A stretch of 64,000 nucleotides of DNA, from NCBI RefSeq assembly GCF_006345805.1, contig NW_021832867.1, positions 33,675-97,674 on the forward strand. The letters are read 5' to 3'. Every line of letters begins with the position of its first letter. The stretch's first letter is position 1. Origin of the DNA: Octopus sinensis. Taxonomy: Eukaryota. The notes under the pieces are model-generated. The model was not told the DNA's origin. It searched no databases and saw only the letters and a program-made list of their open reading frames with translations. Position numbers and translations under genes: made by a program. Below are positions 12,545 to 24,459 of the stretch, in pieces.

Positions 12545-13003
12545 ACTTACGACAATAATTACTTTTTATTGTTATGTGTCAGATGGCGAAAGAATTCCCC
12601 ATTTTGAGTAAAACTGCATTGGAATCAATACTTGCATTCCCCACTACTTATCACTGTGAAATGGCGATGTCGTGTCTGACTTTTCTAAAAACAAAATATA
12701 GAAATAGACTACGGGTACAAGATGATATGCGAGTAGCTTTGTCGAACATAGAGCCTGATATAAGTAAAATTATTCTGAGCAAACAAGATCAGAAATCTCA
12801 CTAAATTACTATTAAATTTTCTGTTATTTTCATAATGTTCATGTTATTTTTATAATAAATATTCGAAAATGTCTAAACCTGGCCCTGACGAGGCCAAAAA
12901 TTGTGCGCTAATACCAAAAAATGTTTATTTTATTTAAGGTGGTCCCCACAAAATTTTATAGTACAAAAGTGGTCCCCAGTCTAAAAAAGGTTGAGAACCG
13001 CTG
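12545..13003 (+). mobile_element. hAT (Buster/ZBED5-SCAND3-like) transposon, right-end fragment
   Basis: The hATC dimerisation domain reads AFPTTYHCEMAMSCLTFLKTKYRNRL. The terminal ...AAAAAAGGTTGAGAACCGCTG is followed by ACGTATAC (nnnTAnnn target pattern). Confidence 0.85.
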
Positions 13004-13302
13004 ACGTATACTAATTGAAAGATTTTTCTTTTAAAAAGATTTGAAGGATAAACAGAATAAACACTGTTATTAAAATCTTTATTATTTAATATTCTAGGTT
13101 TTCCAGATCCTGCTATTTTCTGATAATTTACAACCCAGATTAATGATTTGTTTTAAATCATTCTCAAAATTATTAAAAAGTGTATTTTAAATTATTCAAA
13201 ATTGTGATCTATTCGTATGACGGAATAAATCACTTGTAAATATAATAAACAAAAAATCAAGATTAAATACCAAACAATGGATTAGTTTCACAATTATTTT
13301 CA

Positions 13303-14477
13303 CTAACGACTGATTATTTTCTCTCTCAATAATTTCTTTAAACTTTCAGAGTCAGCAACAAACTTCCTGATGCCCTCCGACAACTTTTCATTTGCCATTT
13401 GGTCTTCATTAAGTCTGAAACGAAATTCCGCCTCATCGACAAACACTTGTATCTCATCCGAAGCCATTGCTAATAATCAGAATCTAAAATCACACCATTT
13501 TCGACAGTCAAGACTGCCTCAACTGACTCATTCGAGGAATCGAGTTGTCCAAGCAAGTTCGGACTAAGAAATAAGATTTTTATATACGAAATGGTGAGCA
13601 AGTCACAACCAGCCAGTGCCTTAATTTGTCCAATATTTCTGAACGAAGCGCCCATAATACTCGTTTTATAACCATATTTTTTAAAATAATTGTAAATTCG
13701 AGTGACAGAGAATACACCTATTAACACATCCCCAAATTAGTCAACCAGGATCATCTCCAGGACCGTACTCAATTCCCGTCTCCTTTTTCCACCAGTCATA
13801 AATACGGCCAACAAATGGAGAAATCAAAGTCACTTGCGCCTGGGCACACGCCAAGGCCTAACAAAAATAGAAAAGTTTAAAAACCTGATAAAATGAAAAA
13901 ATAAGCGTCAGGTTGCAGCGGATATTGTGTTCGGTCTCCAGAATCCTGAAAAGTAACGATTGGTAGAAATGCACTTAGCGGCTTCTATTCCTTCCCAGGA
14001 AGCTGCAATTTTAATGAGTATTCTGTCCTTTCCAACCCCCAGTTCTTCGTAGAGTCGAATCAGACGGATTGCCTTCTGAACCTGGGCAGTTTTATTGAAT
14101 GAGAGTCTGGAAGGTGAACATGAGGCATTGCCTGGCGTCTATCTCCGTTGAAACGACTCCCGGAATCACTTTCAGGATTTTTGTTCCAAACAGTACGACC
14201 AATCTATCCACTGCATATTCAATTTGTTCTTCGAGGAGGCTAATATTAGTTCAGTATTCGAAAAACGGTGAGTTGCAGAGTCCATAGTTCACTGCTTCGT
14301 CTATCAATTCTGGGTATAGTTTGGCGGCCTGCAGGATTAAAGAAGGGTTTGTTGTGGCATCCCTTGGAGTGAACTTTTCGATGGCTAAAATTGTCTTTAG
14401 ATATAGACAAAACAATTAAAATCCCCAGTGTCGGCCACCACCACAGAATAATTCTTTAATTGCTGAAGCGAAGTCAT
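13303..14477 (-). CDS. TALDO1: Transaldolase, intact, 8 introns of 24-29 nt (one GC-AG)
   Basis: [36 protein letters not shown]|[58 protein letters not shown]. It reads to TAG with no frameshift once spliced. Confidence 0.95.
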
Positions 14478-14639
14478 GATGAAACAAAATAAATATTAAC
14501 AATATTTTATTTAAATTTTATCAATAAAATTGTTTTAAAATTATTCAATACAAAATACGTAAAATTCACTAAAATTAAAAAATTACCTATGACCATTCAA
14601 AGGGTTTAGTTCCAAATTGATGCTTGATTACTCAATTAC

Positions 14640-15780
14640 AATTCAGCATTTTGACTACACAAATATTTGAACTTCAAGGTGTGTTCCCAAATTTTATCCC
14701 TGGCTTAGAAGAGGTTTAAAACGGCTGTGATTTATAGTCCTTTTAAGGCAGCCTAATTTAGCCAACATTATTAAGAAGATTACCTGAAACCAATTGAAAC
14801 ATCGGCCTCTCATAGGAGGAGTCTCCTAGGGAATTGTCAGGGATAGTGCTATGCTTCTTTGGTAGCTGAAGATCAAGGCACTATAAACTGTTAGAGCCAT
14901 GGCAGGAGAAGAACTGTTGAAAGCTTAATGAAAGCTATTGAGCACATATAGGGAGGTGATTACGCAATTTGACTAATTAACAATTCACTTTTTTAACAAG
15001 TAATTATTAATGTCTAATTAATGCATCTGCTCTCTGTAGACTCTCCTCCTCTTCGTATCCGTATTTAATGTCGGAGTTATTCGCAGCCACTGACTGAACA
15101 TAATTAGTTTTCAACTTTCTGGATTTCTTAATCCCATACTTCGACCACACTTTGTCGCTAAGTAATCAACTGTTTTGTGGCTGAGTAACAGTGACTCACA
15201 ATGCTTATGGTCCTGTATTAGACACAGAACCCCTTCGGTCCTGGGAGAGTTATTTCCATGCGATAACCAATTAGAAGATTCAGCAATATCGACTTTAATT
15301 TTGCCCTCAAAAGATTATCAATCCTTTTTTTAATTCTCCAAAGAGTGCCTTCAGTACTTCGCTCCACTTTTTAACGATTGATTGAATCTAAGGATAAATT
15401 TACAAATAACCTTCCTTTCTACCTGACCATGAATCACGGTGCTCTACGGCATCCAGTTATGTGTATGATTTTTAAGTAATTACACATCGTTTCCACACAT
15501 TTTTTCTCAAATTTTTCCCATTATTTGTCTGTAAAATTAATTGTTCTGATAATTTTTTACCATCGGTGATCCCACAGAACGTCAACGGTTGAACGTCCTT
15601 TTCTAAATCCGCTGTGATACAAAATTGTTCACTCTGTCCTTGATACATTCCTGCACAATCAATGATAAAATCTTCTTCAGGGAATTCAGCAAAATGGCTG
15701 GGCAGGGGTTTTCTACTGGCCGACAGATTTGTTCAAGTCTTAAATAGTCCCAAAGCCCAGCGGGAGTGGGTCGTTCGTAG
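14640..15780 (-). mobile_element. Mosaic of degraded non-LTR retroelement pieces (LINE RT fragment and R4/Dong-like C-terminal region)
   Basis: SGFRKGRSTVDVLW (RT) at about 15560-15620 and SSNWLSHGNNSPRTEGVLCLIQD at about 15210-15290; many stops. Confidence 0.6.
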
Positions 15781-16049
15781 CAAACATACCTTTGAGACTT
15801 TTCTTAATATAAACTAATATTTTCTTAATTAGTACATAGGTTAATTATTGGGAATTTTTAAAAAAATAAAAGATGAGGACCAAATGATTCGGTCTGATTA
15901 TTCAGGGGAAATTTCCTAGGCTCAACTGTCAGTCTAACTTGTTGTGGATATGTGAATAAATTTAGTCACGAGGGTTCTTTAACAAATTAACCATTTCTTA
16001 GTTACTTGGTAATATATTGAACTCGATTACTTCTGTTCTTGCTGGGGGA

Positions 16050-16410
16050 AGACAGTCTCTCTTGTGGTCATCCTCGTGAACGCCAGATCAATATGGCTCG
16101 TGGCTTTCCATCGGCCGGATATCTTAGTAGTATACGAGTCAAAATTAAAACATGGCTATACTTTATATGGTGTCCCGTGGGGAGATGGTGGGGTTGTACG
16201 GCCATCAACTAAATGAATGGGTTGAAGATCAGAAACTTGAGAACAGAAAATGAAACCATCTGTGAATTTGTGTCTCTCGAGTTATTATGTGGACAAGTGT
16301 GGATTCTGATTGAGGGAATGTACTCTAAGAAACTAGCTGAAAACAAAAACTCAATTGCTGATTTCTTCAAATGCAGCCAATTTGCACTAATTGCCTGGAG
16401 ATCTAAACTC
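16050..16410 (+). mobile_element. Degraded APE-endonuclease (LINE) relic
   Basis: VILVNARSI...PDILVVYESKL...GDGGVV resembles the APE N-terminus. Confidence 0.4.
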
Positions 16411-16769
16411 TAAATGCCTATCTTTTGGCTGTCAAAAAGAAAATCGAGATGGAAAAATCCTGCGGATTCTATCTGATCAAGTTGGTTTTGACCTCTGGAC
16501 ATCGGAAAAACCAAATTATTTTTCATGCCAAGGAAATGATTTCTTAGGACTGTTCATAACTTCTTAATTCCAGCCTCTAGAGAGGATTTGTTCCAAAGTC
16601 ATGGGAAAAAACCGAAGTTCGAATGGTTCGAAAACCTAAGAAACTTAAAGAAGAAGCCTCGAGCTAATAGGCCTATAAGCCAAATCTGTTCTACATCGAA
16701 GATAATGGAGAAAATTACAAGAACGATTTCATTAAGCCGAAGGAAGGGCGTAAAACAATCTAAAGTTTA

Positions 16770-17200
16770 AATAACTGTTGCTTTATGTTCTAATATAAGT
16801 GGATCAATTAAAATGACACCTTTTGTTGTTGGATACAGCAATAAACCAAGATGTTTCAAAGGATTCAATGTTGGAAATACTCTCATTATTATGCAAATTC
16901 GAAAGCTTGGATGACCAGTTATTTGTTTAAATGCATGATGCATAATAATGAGCTAGACCAAATTATGATTCACGAAGATATGGTTCAAGCACAAAAAGTC
17001 ATTGATGACGATGAAATCATTACACTGTTTCAAGAAGAATACACTGTTGAAGATATCATACTTAATGCTGGAGATGGCCAGGTCGATGAGAGTTACGATA
17101 TTAGCCCAACCACTTTATTTGATGCAATTCAAATTGTTTTTTCAATAAATAATTGTGTTTATAAACAGATTAATAATTTGATCATTTATCTAAAAATCAT
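16770..17200 (+). mobile_element. pogo/Tigger DDE_1 transposase relic
   Basis: LCSNISGSIKMTPFVVGYSNKPRCFKGF...YYANSKAWMTSYLF; related to the elements at 30175 and 58945. Confidence 0.75.
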
Positions 17201-18059
17201 ATAAATTTTAGATTCCTTCATAATCTGAAGGGAAAGTCGATTTGAATTTTTCGGATTAAGGAGGGTTGACTGTACTTTGAATTAGCAATACTTGAAATGG
17301 GGAGTGAGAGTTTTGCTTAAAATGAATATGAATGAATAAAAAAGAAAACCCACTGGTTCTTGTCACAAAGCATAGATTGTCATCGTCGCCGTATTCCCAC
17401 TGAATTAATATAATGGAAGACATTCGAGAAAATAAAAAAAAGAAAAATATAGTTGTCTTTCTAAGGAGAAAAGTTGAGGCAGAAAAAATTGTCATGATCC
17501 AATTAATACAATCACCTTTAAAATTATTTGCTTGAAATAAAGTAACTCCTACGATCACTTAAAAATGTTTCCGTCATGCTTAATAGATAAAATGTGAAAC
17601 AATCACACTCAACAGTGAATCTAATAACTACAAAAATAATCCAATATCTTATAATGAATTTGTTGATTATGGATATACTGGAAATTAAGATCTAATAGAA
17701 TTTTTAGAAAAATCTGAACAAGGTGATAGGAAGCAACTATTGAAGAGGAATCAAATGAGAAAATATGCCAAGGATTAGTTACTGTCGTCAAATTTGACAA
17801 ATTCTTAGCATCAAAAAAGGGGCTACCAAGAGAGATTCTAATCTATGCCAATATTAATTGGGTTTAGATAAATCTAATTTTTATAGAAATAATCAGTATC
17901 AATAGAAAAACAGAGTTGATTGGTAAAAAAGTATTTATACAGAAATATTGTCACACAATAGTATAGTCAACAAGTTCTTCTTCCATCAATAAAAAAAGGT
18001 CGTATTGCTCCATCAAATTAACTCCATACATTTCCTATCAATAAACTTGGTTATCTCAC

Positions 18060-19739
18060 ATTATGACTATTCCTTTTCTGCCTATCAGCGAGCTTACGCC
18101 TGTCCCAATCCAATCGCTGTTCGGCTGTGATCACACCTGGCATGGGGACCTCGTTTGGAGAGGGATTCAATATCGAGTCTAGGAGAGACTCCTCCTGCCA
18201 ACGTCACCCACTCACTCCCACTTTGGAGGAGGAATATTCTTGGACTGCTTCTTGGCGACATTTCCCGGCTTGTGTTCTGTCGGTGGGGAAATGACCATTT
18301 TGGGCCACACCGGGGCGGGCAGATTTTCCGGGCGGAATAGGCTTTCTAGGTCGTCTTCCTTACCAGTAGCTGGTAAAAATGATCGTTTCTTGACAGGAGG
18401 AGATACTAAAGGTTATTCAAACTGTCCACCCTGTTTGTGGTGATTAATGAACTCATCCACTTGCTTCTCAATCAGTTTTAATCTGTGCTCGTCCAGGTGT
18501 CAATGTTCAGTGGCTGACCGTCCACCACATCTCCAAACAAACCCAGCATTTTCATTCGGTCAATTTCCCGTCCTAACAAATAACACATGGATTATCACGT
18601 GGTATAAATTTGTTCAGTTTATTCAACAGAATTCGTCGGTCTGACGAGGAATATTTCTTGTTCTGTCGCTTCTCGATTGTGGGCAGAACCTTCCTATGAT
18701 TATAAAATTGGTTGTCACTAACTTGACGACAGTTCGTTTCCTTTTCTTCGGGGAGGGAGGAATTGCAGTAGGCTTGGCAGACTTACTCAGGGAAGACACT
18801 TGGGATGCAATCACATCCAGCTTGTTTGTGAGGGTAATCAACTTGTTCTCCATACTTTTGAACTTGCCTAAATTATCGAGTCCCAAATTGCTCAGAACTT
18901 TCTCAAAACATTTCTAAAAATCAAATTGATAACTCAGCCTGCAGACGGACCCCATCTTCATACAAATCAGAACCAGGAATGTTGTATACATAGCAGTTGG
19001 TTAGAAGAAGTCTCATATCTTGCACCAAATCTGAAACTGCCGAGTATCCCCCATTCATGGCAGTCTGTCGAATTTTGCCAAGATCCATAGGAATGCTGAT
19101 CAAGGAAGGAAAGTCCGGGTATTTGTTGAGATCCACAGGCTCCATGAAGTGCTTCGTCACCGCCTAGGACTCCCTCACCACCAATAAACATTATTCTTAT
19201 TGTCCAACAGCATTTTGACGACTTCTCTACACCGATTGCTCCCTCGCTTGATATTCTCGGATTGCTGAGGGGGTTTGTCCCCAACCACGTGTTCAGACCT
19301 GGGCAGTCCCTCGACCAATTCCTCAAAATGGACATCTATCGAGCGGCCTAGCTTGGATATAATCTAGAATGTGGGGAATGGAATTACGTCAGAGGGGTGG
19401 TTGAACTTTTGACAATTCGAGATCATCAGTTTAAAGTCCGAGATGCATTCCGAGGCCGAGGAATACCAGCCTTTGGACAGTCTCTTGGAGATTGTGGAGA
19501 GGTCCATTGGTTGGGAGATCACTTTTGTGTAATCCTTAAAAATAAACATTTGTGAATAAAACTGGGACAAGAATAGGATCTATTGGAGATCGGAAGGGTT
19601 TGGAGTGGGTGTGTTTGATGATTGCTGGGATTATCTCGTTTAATAGTATGGAAAGAGAATTTGTAAGAGGTTGTCGTTTCTGAGGGGAAGTCGGGATATT
19701 TAGAGGACTTATGGAAGATCTTTTAGTTTTGTTGTTCAT
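18060..19739 (-). CDS. BET-family protein: two bromodomains plus an ET-like domain; 3' end uncertain
   Basis: BD1 reads SKPFRSPIDP|DYTKVISQPMDLSTISKRL...FKLMISNCQKFN. BD2 reads HFMEPVD..KYPDF..ISIPMDLGKI...MRLLLTNCYVYN. An ET-like segment follows (YSSSDRRILLNKLNK...LNIDT(L)DEHRLKLIE). Introns are 23-29 nt, one GC-AG, and there is one G-tract frameshift near 18496. Confidence 0.85.
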
Positions 19740-20329
19740 ATATGTGTATATATCTTGTGGATAAATTAAATTTGATAGTTCGAGCAATACAACAACCAAG
19801 CTCGACTGAACTTGTATTAAATTTATTAATTTTTGTTTAAACATTGATAAAACAAAAATAAGTATTATGTTAATTCTTTTAAATCACATAAATTGTTATA
19901 AAATATTTATATCAATAGTAAAACGTGTTGAAAAGTACTAGCACCAAATCCACGAATGTTTTTCGCACTCCGCATTAATGCTTGAAAACTTTCTAAGACT
20001 TTAAAAAATATTTGTTGTACATAATTTTTTATTGCATAAAACTTATTAATACAATATTTTTAAAAAAGATTATCATGCTGGAATCTTCTCCCAATTCTTT
20101 AAACTTTCGAAAAAAGAATTTATTGGGTATATGGCCAACTTGATGATTCTTTAAATATGAAAAAATGCCATAAATCGGAAAATATGCAGGAAATTCGCTT
20201 TAAATGATTCCGACTCTTATACGATACGACTGCCAAATAAACCTTTGCCTTGGGGACCCTTACTTTTTGGATAATTTTAGTACGTTTTCCATCAATAATT
20301 GCAAATTATCAAAACCCCAGTATCGGGCA

Positions 20330-20620
20330 CATTACTAATTTATTTTAATATTATTACATCATCGGAACATGATTACGCTGATCAAAGTTGGGATTACTTT
20401 TTAACAATCTTTGAAACATGTGGAAGTTGAGAAATTACATAAATACGACCTGTTGGCAGGTGATGGAATAACATCCAAATTCTATAAGCATTTCCAGAAC
20501 TTCTTACAAGTTCATTAATCTACGCGAGCTTATATCCAGTCAATCGTGATCAAGAGAACATTGGAAAGCATGTGCCCGGAGTATAAACTCCTTCCTACAG
20601 CGGCAAAGCATGCAATTAAA
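20330..20620 (+). mobile_element. R4/Dong-like retroelement RLE C-terminal relic
   Basis: VGIT...VEVEKLHKYDLLA..DGITSKFY...STRAYIQSIVIKRTLES. Confidence 0.7.
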
Positions 20621-21429
20621 TCGGACTCGAGAACAACCACAAAAGTGGCCTGTTCTGTAAAATGGATAAATGTACCCGTCGAAGACATTTGCTCGGACTC
20701 GAAGAGGAGGAGAATCGACTGAAAACAGATTTCTATTGAAACAAAAATTAATAGATAAATTCAAATAGATGAAGTTGAATCAGCTTCTAATGAAATAAAT
20801 CAAGTGAAAAACTTTACGAATTAACTTTCAATGCTTTTCGTCGTTTGGGGGGAGATTCCTATTTTATTTTGAATACATTTATCAAAGACATGGCGAAAAA
20901 AATATTGACAAAATTGAATTATCTAATATTTTTTACCCTATGATTTAATTGTATTAAGAAAAATCGCGTAACTTTGCGTTTCTTCAAAATTGGTTAAAAT
21001 TCATTGAAGTGGAGTATTTGTTTATTTAAATTAAACTCAGCACAATCTTAATCTCTTTGGACGTGAAAAATTACATAGTTTATTGACAGTTACCATTTAC
21101 GGCTCAACAGAATTACTCAATTGTTAAAACAATGAATCTATCTATAAATGCATCAGATGGAAATTTTTGGTGCTAAAAAACTTGAAATAGTGAGAGTCTA
21201 GAATCAATCCGTCCACGAAACTAGAAAATAAAGACTTTTTGAGCTTTTGGTTGTCACGGATTTGGCAAAACGCTAAAAAATCTGACAAATTCTAAAGTTG
21301 CAAGATAAAGAATGCAAATTGAAGCTTAATTCTTCCACGTGGCTCATAAACTTTCAAACTTATTTTCATTTGCATAACTAATTTTTTTAAGTATCTGTTC
21401 TTTATTGACTTTCATGTTCCACGAAAATT

Positions 21430-21960
21430 TATTTCAAATCTTTCGACTTTTTGGCGGTAAGTATGTCTCCATTACACAAACACTCTGGAATCGAGCCAGA
21501 GTCAAATGTAAACTGTTCGATTGCTCGACACATCCAATCATGGATTGGCTTACAATTTTTTATAAAGAAATTATACACCTTATTGACCTCAGGTGTCTTC
21601 CAGTCAGAAAAACGCGTCACTCCCGCATCGAATTTCTTGAGGATGTCAGAGACAATATAAATCGGATCCACCGAACTGAAAAGACACACCTTTGAAGAAA
21701 TACTCCACCATGTGTCAAGCATTTCGGCCTTTTGCTAGGTACCCTCCTTTGTCTCTCCGTGCAGCTACCGATAGAAAAGGCTGTGATTGAACTTAAACAG
21801 GTTGTTTTCTTGCCTGCGGTGACATAGAGACTCATGAGTTGAAAGCTTCTTCTGATAAACGAGATACAAATAGAGCCTTATTCACGATTACGTTAGATAT
21901 GGCACAATTGATGTTACTCATAGCTTCATTAAATGAACTATAATTCAATAGTTAAACCAG
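21430..21960 (-). mobile_element. R4/Dong-like retroelement, RT N-terminal relic
   Basis: WKTPEVNKVYNFFIK...IH.W...SIPECLCNG. The stretch 21828-21915 is homologous to 41022-41110. Confidence 0.7.
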
Positions 21961-22955
21961 ACCCCTGTTTGGAAAAGCACCCCCGCTTTCTGGGGCACTT
22001 TGATGCTCCACCCCGGGGTTAGACTGTACTATCCTAGTATCGACGCATCTGATAACACTCTCGCTGATTGCATTAAAAAGAATAAGAACTAATATGGCAA
22101 ATTTTCTTTAACGGGTAAAATAGGTCAGAACTGACAGGTACGTACATTTTTTAAGAATCTGGTTTATATGGGAAGTGCAAATAATTGATTTGACTCAAAG
22201 TATTTTTAAGGAATATCATTCGAAAAATGATATTTCTATGGCATAATTAGTACAATAATCGATTTCTGAAATATAAATTTAGTAAACTACTTACGTGCCA
22301 AAAATCGAGTTATTTTATAACTGTCTCTAAATTATAGTTCACGTACATAATTGTCTGGAAATACTACAATTATTTTCTTGATTATAATCAATTTCATTTT
22401 TATGTACAAAAATTATTGCAGATGGATGGCTTTGTTAACTTCTAATAAATTACAATTATTTTGTTAAAAAAATTCTTGCAGATGCTTATTGATTATATTA
22501 TTAGTCAATTATTAAATTTCCATTTTTAAAAGAAGTGATTTTAGTCAAAAACTCAAAAAATCAATTCGAGCATATACAAAATTGACTTTTGTAAATGCCA
22601 TGATTTTGAAAATTTAACTTAAGTGATTAACCCACTTGGTACTATTTACTCTCAAACACCCCGATTGGAAGACGCCTGTTGGAAACTGTATTTTCAGTGG
22701 TTAGATATATACTTTGGTTTTAGCCTGGTATTGAGTGGTACTTAAAAGTAAATTGGATGCTTCGCACTAGTAGTCGGAAATGACTTGTTTTTATTAATCT
22801 CAAATATATTTTATTGTATTTTTTAATCTGACTGCACTCCCCTGCGGCGTCGCTTAAAACCGTATCAAAGGGCGACTTTCAGCGTAGACTCCGCTCTGAT
22901 ATTTTATTAAATAATTAGCGCAGTTATCATTACTGTTTTTAGTTGTTCTCCCCGC

Positions 22956-24029
22956 ATGGATGGTCAACTGAAATGTACCAAATGTCAAGAAGTAATTAAT
23001 ACAAAACACCCACATTTGCGTGTTATGGACTCATGTTTTCACACTAACTGTCTCCAGTGCTCTAAGTGTTCTCAAGTACTCACAAATGTTTGTTATGTGA
23101 GGAACGGGATTTACTGTTTTAACGACTATGCAATGTTTTATTAAAATCTTAGTTTGTAGGCTCTATGGGATTTGTCCGTTGTGTAACGTCCAAATTGAAC
23201 TAAATACGTTTGTGTATATCATCATGTCACATATGTATCATGTTGAATGCCTCAAGTGTCGGTGTTGTAACAAAAGACTCAAAACTGGGGACTCATTCTC
23301 CTATGCTGATAAATCCACACTTTACTGCATGGACTATTTTCACAAAAATACATGTTTGGTAATCGAGTTATTTTTAGTAAAAACTGAAAACACTGGGGAA
23401 TCGGAAGGCATCTCAAAGTCCCCTAATTCTTGTTCGGAAGCGAATGGGAGTCCTGAAGAGCCTAGATCCATTAGTGAGGAAGTTCAGGCCAATCATGAAG
23501 CCAATAAAAACCTTCAAAAATCCAAACAACGAGGACGAAGGACATCGATCAAACCACACCAAATTGGGCTACTTACAGAATTGTACGAAAGTGAAAGAAA
23601 GCCATCACGTCATATATTGGAAGAAATGAGTAAATTGACTGGACTAACAATTCGCGTCATCCAAGTCAGGATGGAGGTCTCTAGTGTTAGGTCTGGTTTC
23701 AAAACAGAAGGTCCAAGGAACGGAGAAACAACCCGAGCAACTCGAGCCTCCTACCCCTTAATCAACCTCCTGATAACACAGAAGTTGGAATCCACCAACA
23801 TCAGTTTAATCAAAGGCCACAAATCCTCCAGAATAACACACCTGGAAATAGTTTGTTTTCATTATTTATAACAGATTATCAACACTATGGAAACGAATAT
23901 TATCCAGAAAGTATGTTGAGGGAGCCAACAAATCAAATGCTGTTTCCTCCCTCAATGCATTTCCAAACTCCTGATCAGACATTTCAGAACTATCCCAATA
24001 TGAATTTCTACCAAGATCTTAATTTTTAA
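22956..24029 (+). CDS. LHX1/5: LIM-homeobox transcription factor, Lhx1/5 class
   Basis: Two LIM domains (CTKC...FHTNCLQCSKC; CPLC...YHVECLKCRCC) and homeodomain RRTSIKPHQ...KPSRHILEEMSKLTGLTIRVIQ|VWFQNRRSKERR. It has 4 introns of 24-26 nt and ends at TAA 24027-24029. Confidence 0.9.
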
Positions 24030-24459
24030 CAATGTGTCATTTAAATAAAAATACTTGTATAAAATGTTCAGATTGTACTTTGTCTAAGGTTTAGTTTTTG
24101 GATTGTCGACCGAATTGTTTCTCATTTCTCTCCTACTTTCCTAAACCTCCAAACACTGATTTTGGAATACGCTTCTTCCAGGAGATCCAAAATACAAAAT
24201 ATTCTTCTTTCCAGGAGTTTTTTTAGAGATTAGGCCAAGATCTGCTGACAAATTTTAAGGGATTTTATTTGATTTCCTCCATGGTAATAAAAAAGTTGCT
24301 TCCTCAACAAATAGATTATTGACTGTTTAATTAAATAAATCGACAAGTCTGAAGTCACGAGTGACAATCAAAAACTCATTAAAACGACTAATTTTGGCGT
24401 CTCTGGCTAGACCCCAAAGTCTGGAAACTTAGCGAATTTTTTTTATTTGAAAAATTAGT

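Noticed and set aside
17250-18000. Possible Gypsy RNase H/integrase relic
   Set aside because: Only vague motif echoes with many stops; not supportable.
22830-22900. GC-rich motif cluster upstream of Lhx1/5
   Set aside because: It could be a promoter or a TE scar; no repeat partner or known motif in the window.
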